This document shows, in pieces, positions 48,661 through 62,100 of a stretch of 64,000 bases of DNA. Position 1 is the stretch's first letter; every line of letters starts with the position of its first letter. The stretch covers positions 3,023,943-3,087,942 of the forward strand of contig CM082595.2 in NCBI GenBank assembly GCA_040954595.2, read 5' to 3'. Under the pieces are notes generated by a model. It did not search any database and had not been told where the DNA came from. It worked only from the letters and a program-made list of their open reading frames with translations. This DNA comes from Balanoglossus misakiensis. Lineage: Eukaryota > Animalia > Hemichordata. Both the position numbers and the translations under genes were made by a program.

Positions 48661-51600
48661 CACTGCTACTATCTACAATGAGAAACATACAGTCACTATC
48701 TGCAACCTAGCCTACTGTGGCTTGACAACAGCATGTAGTTATTTCAGTACACTCCTTAAAATATTTTTTCTTTGTTCTGGTTTCCATGTTACACCAGTAG
48801 TTGCCCTGTTCCATTTCCCTTCTTGCAATGTAAATACATTATCGTCAATTTTTCCCAATCATTGTTCAAAAAACGTCTTGACATGTGTCCAATTTCCTAC
48901 GACTGGTTATTTTTCATGTGGCCAATTATGTTCCTTGTAAGTAAAAGGTTTTTCCCCCTGCATCTTTAGGAAAGTGTCTACAAATTTTATATGAAAAATT
49001 CAAATCAGTGTTTCAAAGTTGACCATTGTTATTTTTTATTAATTCCGAGGTTTTTAAAAATCTGTGTGAATGTACCACCCACTTGTGAACATGAACTTCA
49101 CTCACAGGACTGAAAATCGTTTCAGAAGCAGGGTCTGAAAACACCATTCTACGTTAGGTTTTCGTGTCACAGGGCAGGATGAAGAAATTGATCAAAGGAT
49201 AGGGTTCACAAAGTCTAGCAGACAGAAATAATGTGTTTGGAGCAAGAATTCACGAGACTGTGTATTGTGCTTTTTTGCTCAAATTTTTCAGAATAGTGAA
49301 AAGTTACAGAAAGTTATGTACAAGGACAAGTCCAAATGTGCAGAAGTTGAAGGGTATATCAGGGGAGAGAAACTGAGGGACATTTTGTGATGATTCTTGT
49401 AAAAACAACCAGTAACAAGATGGGGAATCATGGCAGCTGTTGGTTGATTTGTTTCTTTTACTACGTAACCAAAGACATTTTGGAAGTAGTGTCATTCGAT
49501 GTTTGTCATTTTTCTAATAAAAACTAATAGTGCTTGTTGTCAGGCCATGGTCCCTGAAATACCGAACATGACCATCTGGAGTTCCATGCAAACTATTGTT
49601 GATTTTCACTTCATTTATTCTGTATTAAAAGAAAAAAAAGGTAAAGGAATCACAATAAACTGTGGTTATTTTGCTACAAAGTCCATGTTGTAGATAGTAT
49701 TCCCAGAATCTTATTCGAGTGTATGGTACCATCTGTATGCGCATATGCAATAAGGCTGTATTTTGACTTCTTGTACTGATCTCTCTGTACATCTGTTGAT
49801 GAACACAGCAACATTCGAAATAAGTGTCTTCGAGAGTGGGGGAAACACCACATGCAATGGGGGAATATTATATATATAAAAATTAGTTCATACCAATTTT
49901 TCATGCTGGTCTTTCTTGTTTCAGATACTTTCTAATTATGTAACACTTGCGTACAGTGGCAAAATACATACAGTCTTCAACATAAGATTATTTTGGTACT
50001 GTGATTGGTTAGAACAGATCTGTGGACAGTTGTTGTCAATACTGTGGAATTCGTCTTAGATGGATGTCTAATTCGTTGACCAAAAGTTGTACCTCGGTTG
50101 ATCACGGCATAGATGTGGATCCATAGCTCTCCATCATTATCCCGATGCCGGTTTGTGGCCATGCCAGTTTCGTTTTTTTCACACTGGAATGGTCGGCATG
50201 ACATTGTGCGAGCTATGGGCCCTCAACTATTTGCCACGTTGGAAGTATTAAAATTTTTTCAGATGATACATTATCAGTGCTGTGGTGAATATATATTGTA
50301 CATCAGCTCCAGTCTGCACTTCAAAGTTCAATTTAAGCAATAAATGCAAAACTGAAATTTCAACAACTGCCACCAAGTTGAAATGACCCAATATGATAAA
50401 CTGATTTCAAATACCAAATAAAACCACTGAAAACAGTTAATGCATTACAGCTTACTTGGAACAAAGCCACCTAAATTTACATGCCCCTATATATTACAAA
50501 AGGATGTACCCAAATCTAAAATGGCCATGTGGTGGCGCTTTTTTGGCATGGCAACCCAACTGAAAATCTGGTTAATGAAAGTAACTTTGCATATTGCTTG
50601 TTTCTGAATGCATACATGACATGAGGTAATATGCAGTCTACAAATGGTAGCTAAATTTTACACTTTGCCAAGTTTGTTTGTCCCATGCTGACACATCTTG
50701 GTGAAAAGTGCAAGCAAACAACCAAAAAACACCTTTTCAACTTGTGTTTACGTGTGTCTAAGTGATGTTTGTTGTATAGTTGTAACTTTTTCCCAAACTA
50801 GACCATTTTAAACTCAGCTCAGGATTGGCTGTATCAAGTTACGTTTTCACTGTTTCTATAAAGATTGTACAACAAAACGAATTTGTCAATCAAGTACTGG
50901 AATAAACATTAATTGGATTTAGCATAGTGTTTTTTCGTGTTTTTTTTAATACAAATTTAGATCTTTCAGCCACAGGCTCTGTAGTATACTAAATATAATA
51001 GTAATACTGCGGAGGCATTTCGATATCTTCAGGCACCTTTGTTTCAAGCACAGACATTGAAAAAACTAGGAGGGTTATGCGAAACAAAATGTTTATATTT
51101 TTCCATGTATGTGGGCCAGTCAGGAATGTACAATTTCTTATGGAAAGCATCATCCACTTCACCTCTTGAGGGCGTACTATAAAATGCATAGTTACGGACC
51201 TCATTCTACTAGATCATAGTACGCGCTATAATAATCTTAATTTCTGGATCAGTGGTGGGCGAAAGTTGCAAAATGGTATGTGAGAGAAACCCAATATCGG
51301 AACGATCAATTTTTTATACACATGGATATAGGACCCTAAGCACGTGATGATATGTTGCACTGCGATTGGACGAAAGTTTTGATTACGTAAACGGTAAGGT
51401 TAAATCAAGATATCCCTGGTTTAGCTCATTAGCTGCAACAAATTGTAGGTTGGGTCGCTGTTTTCGCTTTCTGACAATGTCAGCGACCCTAATGGGTGAT
51501 ATAATTCAATGGAAAGCGAAAACGTCGACCCACCGCTAACGCTACCGGTCTGCGATGTAAGCAGTTTTGCTGGTAGAGGGCGTGATCATTTGATTGTATT

Positions 51601-52909
51601 TGGGGGCTCGCATGTTAAAATGGCGGATCATGTTGTCTGCTTTGCCGGCTGTCTGCACATTTTGTAGTTTATTACCTGTAAGACTCAACAAGTAAACAGA
51701 ATGGCCCGTCTCCCGGATTCACAGGAGAACAGAGGTATTTGATTGATCATTTCTGGATATCTGTGCTTTCCAAACTTCATATTAGAAGCTGTGATGGGCG
51801 TGGTTGTAACGTTGGACATGGAGAAAGTTGGTCATCTATTAAATTGCTATTTTCGGCTATGTTTCATATATTTTGAAGGAGGGTGTTTGCCGGCCTGCAT
51901 CCGTTCTCGTTTTCTTGGACCTGAGTGTAGCAGAGTGGCCAAAAGTGATCTATAACGGACAGAAATACAGGAGCCCCGAACAGATTGAAGGATGGACATG
52001 TCTATGCACCACAAACAGTTAGGAGAAGTTCTTGATTCTTATGGATCCGTCACACTGGTAACTACTAATGCTTGGTAAGTACAACTCTCACGTTTTCCCA
52101 ACCACAATTAGTATTATTAATAGTATATTGAAAAGCTGAAAACTATTCCTAGGATGGTGAGACAATATTAGGAAAGGTTTCAGTTAAGCATCAGGCATAA
52201 TGCCTATGTGATCTGTTTTTATTGGTATCTATTGCAAACATATATGTCTGCAGCAGATGCTGAAATAGGTTTGCAAACAAGAATGTAATCATTCAGCTAG
52301 GGCCTGTGATTGTAGAGTGGTATATACCGGTATATAGAATATGGTATCTGCAGTCTGCTAGCTACCAACTGTTCTGCCTGTATACATTAGCCTACATGGG
52401 TTTGGCGCGGATTCAACAATTTTCATGTAAAATGCTATGTATAATACTGCTGATTGTATGGGCTTAGTGTGTTGACAAGCTATACACTGGGCACTTGATC
52501 ACCCAAACCCTCACCCTGAAACAAGAAACTGCCAACTGTCATTGATAGACAGAAAAAAAGATTTTTGCAAACTATTCAAGTGAACATACTTGAGCTCTGC
52601 AAATGTTGGTATAGTTAAATAATACTGTTTTTAATAACTAAAAAATCTCAAATTCTCAAATACATTAGAAGACATCAGAGTTTAACCACATCAGTTAAAT
52701 CATAATGCGTACATGATTACGTGAAACACATAACTAAAAATAAAATAACCATTTTGAAAGGAGAGAGTACATTAAGGGGATAAAGTCTCATGAAGTGCCA
52801 GAAGAGACCAGCTCTCCATATCAATGGCAGTACCTGAAGTATCAAAAACGAGTCTTGAGTTTATAGAATTTAGATTTCCCAGGCATATTCCCTTTTTGCA
52901 AGTCTAACC

Positions 52910-53027
52910 CCCTCGGGCAGCCATCGCAAAGTCAAAGTGAGGCCAATAGGGAAAGTTGACCAATCACATCAAGTGGGTTTCCCCATTGGCCTCGCTTTGA
53001 TTTAAATTCATGATGGCTGCATGAGGG
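52910..53027. repeat. Imperfect foldback (~45-bp arms), probable decayed MITE or hairpin RNA
   Basis: ccctcgggcagccatc...tcaaagtgaggccaatagggaaa pairs with tttccccattggcctcgctttga...gatggctgcatgaggg. Confidence 0.7.
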
Positions 53028-53948
53028 TGCTGAACTTATCAAAAGGGTGTATTGTCCATACATATCAGAGCTTCACATCTCAGAAAAGTCACACACAGGT
53101 TACAAATCATCACAAAAATGGTATATTGAAATATTTTCACACATGACCGTTTTAAAGTTTGGCAAAGTTGTTTTGGCAAATGTAAAATAGCTTGAAAGAA
53201 AAAGCAGGCATGGATGGTAGTCACCGCAGAGATGTTGCTAGTTGTGCAACTGTGCATGCATGGAAAATGAAAAGTAATACACTATAGAACCATAGCTATT
53301 AAATGTATTAAATGAAAACACTTTTTTGCAAAATTCTCAATAAGTTCGACCATTCCCAAACCAAAACTACACTTGTGGTTCCAAACATAATCGTGTGTCC
53401 ATTTCTCTCTGTATTGACACCCTAGGCCTTGGACAATGAAATGATTAAACTATAAAACATATTTTCATACTGTTTGCAAAATCACTAGTTACCATTATAC
53501 ATATATTATAACATTTAAACTGAAGGAACAGGAAAGTGTGCTTATAGAGAAAGATAAAAAATAAATTCAACTTAACAACTGTCACGAAAAAACTAACATA
53601 GAAATCAATATTGAATGTATCATACACAGCTTTCAGTTTGGGCAAAATAAAATTGTATTTCATCTAACAATAATACTGTCAATGTTGTATATACTGAAAT
53701 GGGTCACTTTTGGAATAATACATATCTGTCGAATAGAGATATCATGTCATGTGAAAGGGTTAAATGCTTTTGTTCTCAAGGTGTCGTACAAGTCGACCCT
53801 CTTTAATACAGAATACAGAGTGACAGGACTTAAGTTCTGTTCATGAAATTGTCAAGCAAACTACAAACATTTTCTTAAAATGACACCTTGTCAGATTGTA
53901 ACAGCTCCTGCCCAAAGAAATGATTGTTTTCGTCAATCCATCAGTCAA

Positions 53949-56563
53949 TCAGTAAAAACTGTTAGTGTCCGACGCAGCATAGGTCAGGAAACTGCAGATA
54001 TCGAGTCTTGTTACCATGTATACAATCAGATTATCAATATCCTGGCTTGTTGTCTTCAGATATACCATTTTCGAGCCATCGTGGCATTTCTTGAATACTG
54101 TACAGCGATACTCCAGATGTGAAAAGGTTGTGATCACGTTGGTCATCCCTGGTACATTGTATACTGCTTGTGATGATCCGTGTAGTTCGTTTGGCAAAGT
54201 TTTTTGAAAATTCTCTTTTGCCTGTGACGTTTGACCTCGGCGTTCCTGAGATAACAATATACCGTAGACCATTCATAGCAGCGCGAATATAAAGCTAAAC
54301 TTCTATACATGTGATAAAATTATGAGTTATCATCCTGTTGATTTTCTTCTGTGTCGTCGTCAGTTACCTGTAACAAAACAAAAGTTATTTTTAGTCCGAT
54401 GTTTTAAAAATATACAAATATTCGTGATAAACAAAATTAAAAAAGGAGAAAATAGCACTGGATTTTATTTCTTGTACAGACAGGGTTTCAAATTCACCAC
54501 ATGGCTTCTGGGTCAACCCATACTCAAGGCTATGTCGGACTTCACAGCTATTTTTGTACGGCCCCTTACACAACCTTTTTTGAATCCAATGGCCAGCCAG
54601 GCCAGCCAGCCAGCCTTCAGCCAGCTCAGTACGTGACTGGCATGCCCGCAGGGAGAATGATAACCCAAGGATATCAAGAAGCCACCCCTTATTAATATCT
54701 ATAGAATTCTATAGAATTTCTATAGAATTTCCACTAATTTGTCAACCTATATCTAAAAATATCCCATATTTGCTGGGAATGTCCTATTCTATACAATGGT
54801 GCCAGTCCTGCAGAGTGTGTGCAATTTAAAGCATTGAGGAGAATGAAATGTAAAGTAGTGCATTTTATATTACACTATAAAACTTACTATTACTCACAGA
54901 CATTTAATATATTATCACTGTCCCTCTCACCAACAGATGTAAAATTTGTACAGCAGAGTTATTTTCCACTTTTAAAGCATTGTTGAAGATTATTCCTGAA
55001 GACAAGCAACCATATTCACTAAGGTACAGTTGATTTATTCTGTTTTCAAGTTCCATTTAGCTGTAACTTTTTGCTATGTTTGAAATCTATAGAATTTCTA
55101 TAGACATCTGTAGAAGTTCTATGTAGTTTTTGCCATTTTTTCTTCTATTTCAGCAGATCTTGAGTACAGTTTCCCTCAAGTTATGCAACTTTTCTCCTGT
55201 TTTTTTTTTTAGTTTGCTACCTCTCGTTGGAAATTCATTGGGATATGAGTGGATGATACAAGAGGGCGCCTCACACATCGACCTGTGCCAAGCAAGCCCA
55301 GATTGTACTGTACTTCTTCGGTAGCTAGAGAAACTGCAACGGTAAGCTTCTGCATCAGTTGCAGATGTGTCTCATTTTAAGAAAAGGGAAGAGTATGGGA
55401 ATGGGAGTATATGTGTGTGTGTGTATGTGTACGAATGTTCGAAGACAACCAAGGAAAATGCGGAAAGTTTGGAATCCCACTGGCCCATACCTGTCAGCTA
55501 GAGGAACTGCAAAAGGTAAGCTTCTGCATCAGTTGGAGAAGAGTATGGGAATGGGAGTGTATATGTGTGTGTGTATGTGTACTAATGTTCGAAGATGACC
55601 AAGGCAAATGCGCGAAGGTGGGAATCCTACTAGCCCATACCTGACCTGTTAACACAGCTAGATATGCTGGCCTTATAGTAGCAGTGTATGTACCAAATAA
55701 GTTAACACTAATTTTAGGTGTAAATCTGTATTAAGCAGAACTCACCCATAAGCATAGATCACCCTCTACGTAAAATGGCATGCAATCAATCCTTCTCTAG
55801 AAAGACGAAATACTAACAAAATCATGCAAAACCTTATCTCGAGTCTCTGTGAAAAATGAGGGGCACCGATGTTCTAGAGAAAATTCCAATTACAGTCGAC
55901 ATCGGTAGTATTTCTAACTTGATCGCCGAGCATGTATTTATAAGAAATGACGTCAGACCGAAAGGTTTAAACACGTCAATGTGCAGTTAACAAGTCTCCA
56001 GAGTTCATGATTACGTCCATTATCGCAAACCCTTCATTGAAGAAAGAATCGTTCTACAGTCGCCAAAATGTCACCATAAATGTTAATTGATGCTTCGAAG
56101 TAAAATTATCTGATGATGGTGATTCAAGATTGAATACTGTTAACTCTTTTGCTAAAACTGGATAGTTTGTAAGAACGTAGATTATTACTTTATATCTTAT
56201 ACGATTTAGAAATCAGAAACATTCATTAATTTGTAACTTTTTGACCTAAATACCATTCCACCCATACATACATGCGAAAAGCAATAACATCAAACTCACT
56301 TCGTTTTCTTTGTACCTCTCGCCGATTAAAACGTATCGTATCCTGGGACTCTGATCACCGCTGTTGTACGATCTTTTGTCGTTTCGCTCTTTCTCCGTCG
56401 ATCGGCACCAGTATCCCTTCTTCTGCGGGGAGGGCGATGCAGCCGGCGACTTTTGCTTGCCCTTCTTTCCATTGAAGGGACCAATGGTGGGACTCAACGT
56501 CGTCTTCCATGACGACCTCCGGTGATAAACGGATGACACGACTGAGGGTATCATGCTACTCAT
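53949..56563 (-). CDS. Candidate two-coding-exon uncharacterised protein (~186 aa)
   Basis: Exon A at 56563-56300 (ttttcag|ATG...GAA|gtgagt, 88 open codons, GC-rich relative to its flanks) joins in phase 0 to exon B at 54245-53949 (atctcag|GAA...TGA, 98 codons). I do not recognise any domain. Confidence 0.4.
55323..55643. repeat. Two-copy tandem duplication (~173 and ~148 bp) with internal (TG)n
   Basis: agctagagaaactgcaacggtaagcttctgcatcagttg...gcccatacctg is repeated at 55323 and 55496. The second copy lacks about 26 nt. Confidence 0.9.
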
Positions 56564-59167
56564 CTGAAAAATAAACAAGAATTTTACATGTAAATCACAT
56601 GTTTATAGAGAAAAAAATTGTTTGATTTTAACAATAGATGAATAGTTGGTCTCTCACATTCATCAAAGACGTATACGAGATTTTATATGAGATTCTTGTA
56701 TACCACAGTGATATGTACAGTAGTCACAGTGATATGAGTCAAAACCAAATACTATGCTGGATTCTTTTGTCTCCACCTACATCAGACCCTAATTACTCAG
56801 AGCAATTAATTGAGGTCAACTGGAATCCAGTCACCTTGCTTTAATATTATAATACCAAATAACAAACTCCCCGTTGAGTGAAAAAAGTAGAATTCCTGTT
56901 TTGCCTCTTTAGGCTGACTGTAAAATATATGCAACAAAAACATTTCTTATGAGGGTGGGACACAGGTGTGTATAAGGCCTTAATGTGTAATAGGCAAATC
57001 CTGTAGATCAATGTAAAGATTTTAAAAGTACATTCCTATAAAACCGTGGCTATGTGTGGTGCTAACTGTAGCAGTATATCTTTTGGTTAGAGTGCATCGT
57101 AAATCACATTTTGAGACAACTCGTGAAAGGCGATTTGGCATCAAAATCTAACGTATACATCGCCGTGGAAAACCTCTTTCGATGATTTATATGGCCTTCA
57201 ATATTAACGATGGAGGTGGGTGAAATCAGGTTTAATCACGGCGGCATAATTTCGCTTAAAGTAAAATATTCATGGTCTCGTAAACACGGAAAGGTGGATT
57301 TGTAATGACTAATCCGGTTGACAAATCTTCTTTTACAATCTTTCTCGTCTTTCGTTACAACCGTGTTTTCTCTCAGTCTATGGGAAAGCCTAGAACATCT
57401 CCCAACGTACAGGTCTGTCTGTATGTCTGTCTGTCCCTCCATCCCTTGACAGTCAAATCAAACTGCCCTTCCCACACTAACTACATATGGTAGAACCGGT
57501 ACAACCCGGTATATACGTTGCCCTGCTAGTGCCCTGGCAGACGCGAATCATGTCGCAAATACAAGCGTTTGCGAAATGACACAACACAAGATCGCTTCAT
57601 CAGTAAGCCCCTTGAGATGTGACATCGTGTTGTTTCACAATCACAGTTGTTGACCACTCACAAATCTTACTTTAACTAGCTGTAAAAAACAAGGTTTTAG
57701 GTAATGACTAAATGCATTCGCATTATATTCCGCGGAGAGCTGGAATTGATTGCTCAAGAATGCGTGGGTCACCATGGAAAGGTTGCCAGGGTTATTGCTA
57801 ATTTGGAAGACATGAGATCTGATCTTTCCATGCTGTTATGCATCTGACTTCGCAGATAGCATTCAGATTATTGCGGTATTACCCTTGTTTTTTCATCTTG
57901 CTAGAAGTCTACCGTGCTCCTCTGCACGATTCCTGAATACTCTCTGTCGCACATGCGTACAGTGTATTCTATTCTACTTGAAATTTCCTGTGGCATTACA
58001 GTAGATGGTAGTCTTGCTCATGTGGCTATGCCGTCGAAGGATAGAGTGAGGTCTGGCCAGTGAGGCCAAGTATTTTGTTTTTATCAGAAGTCAAAGTGTA
58101 TAGGCCTAAGCTTAAGCTTTTTCATTGAAACATGTCCGCTTAAATGTAGATGTGACACAGTATTACTTTAAAGTCTTACTGCAGAAAAATCAGTTGTTTA
58201 AGAACTGGTTTTGATCAACAATACTTGTATTTTATTGTTTTGCCACATTAACAGGTTGACATGACAACTGTGATACAGCTTAAGGGGTGTAATTAAGATG
58301 TATTGAGAATAAAACAAAGTGATATTCCATGAAAGAAAAACACGTAAATATGCCACTACTCGGGGCTTTTAATTTTGCTCACATCCTCTAACCTTTGGCT
58401 CCAAAACGGGCAGTATTGTTTATACTGTGATGTCTTCATTTGATACAGACATTGAGTGAAATTGACGTCACGAATCTTCTTGAAAACAAAATGGCGCCAT
58501 GGGCGATTTCAGGGGAAATGTTAAGAGTTCGAGAAGTGCAGATGCAGATTAATACGGAAACTTGAACGTCAGAGATATCAGGGTAGATCCATTTTATTTC
58601 CGGGAGGGGTGGTGGTGGATTTTTTTGAGAAAAAATGTTGGCAGACGGTGTAATGCCTTTGCTCTAGCAATTAATAAATCTGTAACATGCTCAAGATCTC
58701 ATCTATATACGACTCACTCGAAGCATATTCGAGTTCTAAACCACCGTCGTGAGTCAGATAAAATATTTAGAGTGGACACAAATTATATTTGTCAATTCAC
58801 TCAGCAAAAAAAGAAAGGTTACAAATGTGGAATTTATGCAGCAGCACGCTTAGAGCCGCGTGAAGTCGGGTCACAATCTGAACTCTGAAATGTCGACTGT
58901 AATTTCCGCTTGCGTGCGCAATTATCTGTCGACATGGAAAAGCCAAAATCTGCTCATGCAAGAGCTTGGATGGCATATGCTGGCGAATAACTGCAGAGTA
59001 CTTCTGGTAGACAATTATTTTCAATGGCGCCTCTATCTTGAGGAGGAGACAATCTTGATGCATATAGCTAGCTTCTCTTAGTGTGTGGAGGGACTGAGGT
59101 TATCCCATAAAACCAGAAAAATGCGCTTGGAAGCTGTTTGGCCTTCTGTAATTAACGTGTGACGTCA
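55948..59167. promoter_or_regulatory. Three perfect CRE palindromes, one next to a YY1-type motif
   Basis: TGACGTCA at 55948, 58463 and 59160; AAAATGGCGCC near 58488; AP-1 sites near 56735 and 58750. Confidence 0.35.
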
Positions 59168-62100
59168 GAATAATTGAGTTAGCCGCAAAAGCCTTGACAC
59201 AGTGTCAATAGTATTATCTTATAGAGGAAATCTCCCTGAGCTTTGATTTACTTGCGTGATTTTGTCAGTGGAATTGGTATAAAGGCTAATATAGCCGATC
59301 TGGCAGAATAACAAGCCATTAAGTTTAGTTCTCTTGTTGTCCGCCGATAACGAAGCTTAGAAACGCTGTGGATTTTTTTTCTTATCGACAGAAGCCCAGA
59401 TTTTGAAGTATCGCAAGTGCGTTGCCTCAGAGATAGAAAGGGCTTGGTATCCATTAACGAATGGACCGGATTGGCCCTTTCGCCTCTCGTAAAAGCGACA
59501 TTCTCCGAGCGAGATCCAATCGCCCAGACACATCCCTTCAATCGACGCAGACAACCGGGCCTGAATTGAAAAAAAATGCTGACAAAAGCCCAGCTGCCTT
59601 AATACACCGTCAATACGGCGATCTAATTGAATTTTCGCAAAGTCGAGAAAACGGGCTCTTCGGCGAGAATATTAACAGCATTTGGACTGTTGCTATACGT
59701 TGAGATACCAATCAGCTTTGTGTGAGGCTTTGCTAAATTCCATGATCTTTTCTAGGAAACTCTCAGGCAAGCTTATCATCCTGATTCCGTGCACACATTT
59801 GATGTTAAACACGGAAACGGGTACTTTAGAATACACTTTTTCTTAGCTTATTACATATTTTGAGGCACCGTGGTAACATTCATAGCTACCACGGACGTGA
59901 TTTTCTAAAGTTAAAGGAATTTATAGGAAACAAAAACTGATGGGTTGACATGACAACTGCGACACAGCTGTGACAAACCGATTGAAATATTTTTTTAAGT
60001 AACCTAAAATCTGGACTAAAATCCACTATGACTGGTATACCTGAGATGTTTCCGACGTGAGGTATGCCCCTTGTCTTGTTGATATCACATACATGCAAAT
60101 TCCTTTTGATCAAAACACGCGAAATTATTTTGTTTTCGTCTTCGTGCTCTCAACCGCTGCCGCTGAAACGTTGTGAAATGCAATTCGAGTGTGTAATGCA
60201 GTAGAAAGGCTTCGGGCCAGGTGACTCACTCAGGCATTTAATCAAGCGAAAGTACCACCCTCGGGCGAAATACTTGGAAATGCTTATGCTGCGCTGGGTC
60301 AACCCGATCGGGGCTGGCCAATTGACGGATGTGGTCTCGCAAATTACTGGCAACAGTTTGCGCGGGGGCAACCGGAGCGGAGCGGATGAAAGTGAAGGTT
60401 GGAGAAAGTGACGTGGCTGTGCCCGGCTACGAAAACTAAATAATAAAAGGCTTAGTCATGGTTTAATGGATTTTGATCCCTTAGGGCGATACACACAGCT
60501 TCATTTCTGTTTTAATTCAGAATAACACGTGTGTCCCGCGCGCCGTTATTTTTCTTCGTGTGATTTATGGGGAAAATAGAAACGGTGGATTAATATACAT
60601 AGCTTCAAAATCACATGGGAAGACATCATTTTTTATTCCGTGAAGATTTATCAAACCCCCACACCGCATTTGCCGGGGAAAAACACTAAATTCAGCCGAA
60701 ACAGCGCCTCCAAATGAGATGACGTCTCCAAAGTGACATCTAATGGTTCACAGAACAAGGCGAATAATTACCATTTAAATTGGATATCGTAGTTTGCATA
60801 AAACATCTGACACGAGCTCCGGTGAAACCCCTGTGGAGATTACCCGGACAAGTTACAAATCAAAGGTGAATGGGTATCGGATGGCACTAATTGTATTGTG
60901 CTGTTCGGCGTGGGGCAAATTCTGGGAAAATAGTGTTTAATAGCGAAAACACACCTCACGATTGCTTGGTCAATACATCAAACTACACTCAGGTAATTGA
61001 TTCAGTGCTTAGAGGCCTGAGCACATCTGCGTAGAATCTCAGATTTTTTCCCCTCTAGCTCTCGCTCTCTATGCTTCGTACGTGGGCACAGTTTAAAGTA
61101 AAGGGCTCCGCTTTTGAATTATTTACAGCGCGACCGGTCTGCCCACACCGACGAGCTATTATCATCGGAAAGAGATGGACAGAGTGTTTCACAGTCCCAG
61201 ACTCAATTTTGAGGGTTTTAAACGTAAAGTATTATCGAATTTCGCAAGGAGCTAATTCACATAATGGTTAAAACCTTTCATTTGAAATCCATCGCCCTTT
61301 CCTCCCTACGCGCACATACAACGGAATTAAAGTATATGCCCGTGCATGCTGCGTATAAAACTTATCTCGCACCATAAATGTTATACGTCGTTATACGACT
61401 GTGCTTGCCATATTGCTGTTTTCTGAACTCAGGATTTTAATTGCCGTTTTTACGGGAGAGTATTCTGGTTGGAATACACTTTGAGCAGGCGATAACAAAT
61501 GAGCATCGGTAACATCATTCCAGGTAGCTCAGTTCAAATGCATTTCATGGCTTAATATAATAGCAAATTGAAAGTTCAGGCGGAAATGCTTGAAATTTGA
61601 AACGGGTTTACAACATGCTGGTTGTAGCCAGAAAATAATAGGTAATAATACGTTGAATAAAAACAGGACAGGAGTTTGAAGATTTCTAAAATGAATGCAA
61701 GTGACTGAACCAAAAAAATTCATATTAATGAAATAAAACGAAACAAATTAATGTGAGTCGGAAAAACTAGTAGAAAGGGAATATCGTGGCACATCATGTG
61801 TTTAGGTTCAGTTCGGACGTCACGCTTTGGGAGCTGATAAATTCTTGTAATGTTAGTCTGTTGTCACGGTTTTGCATTCAGTTGACGCATCGCTAGCATT
61901 TTCTTTGTCGTCCTGTCAGAAGATGTGTACCACGCATTTGGCACCAGTATGTATGCCTGTCTCACTGCCTTCCTGTCTGGTGCATTCATCCAATACCGAT
62001 CGCGAAAATAACAGACAATTTCCCCCGCCAATGTGTTCTACCTGCCCTTTGTCGCGGCAAACCTTGTATCACCCGATCTAACCTCCCACACCGCTGGGAA

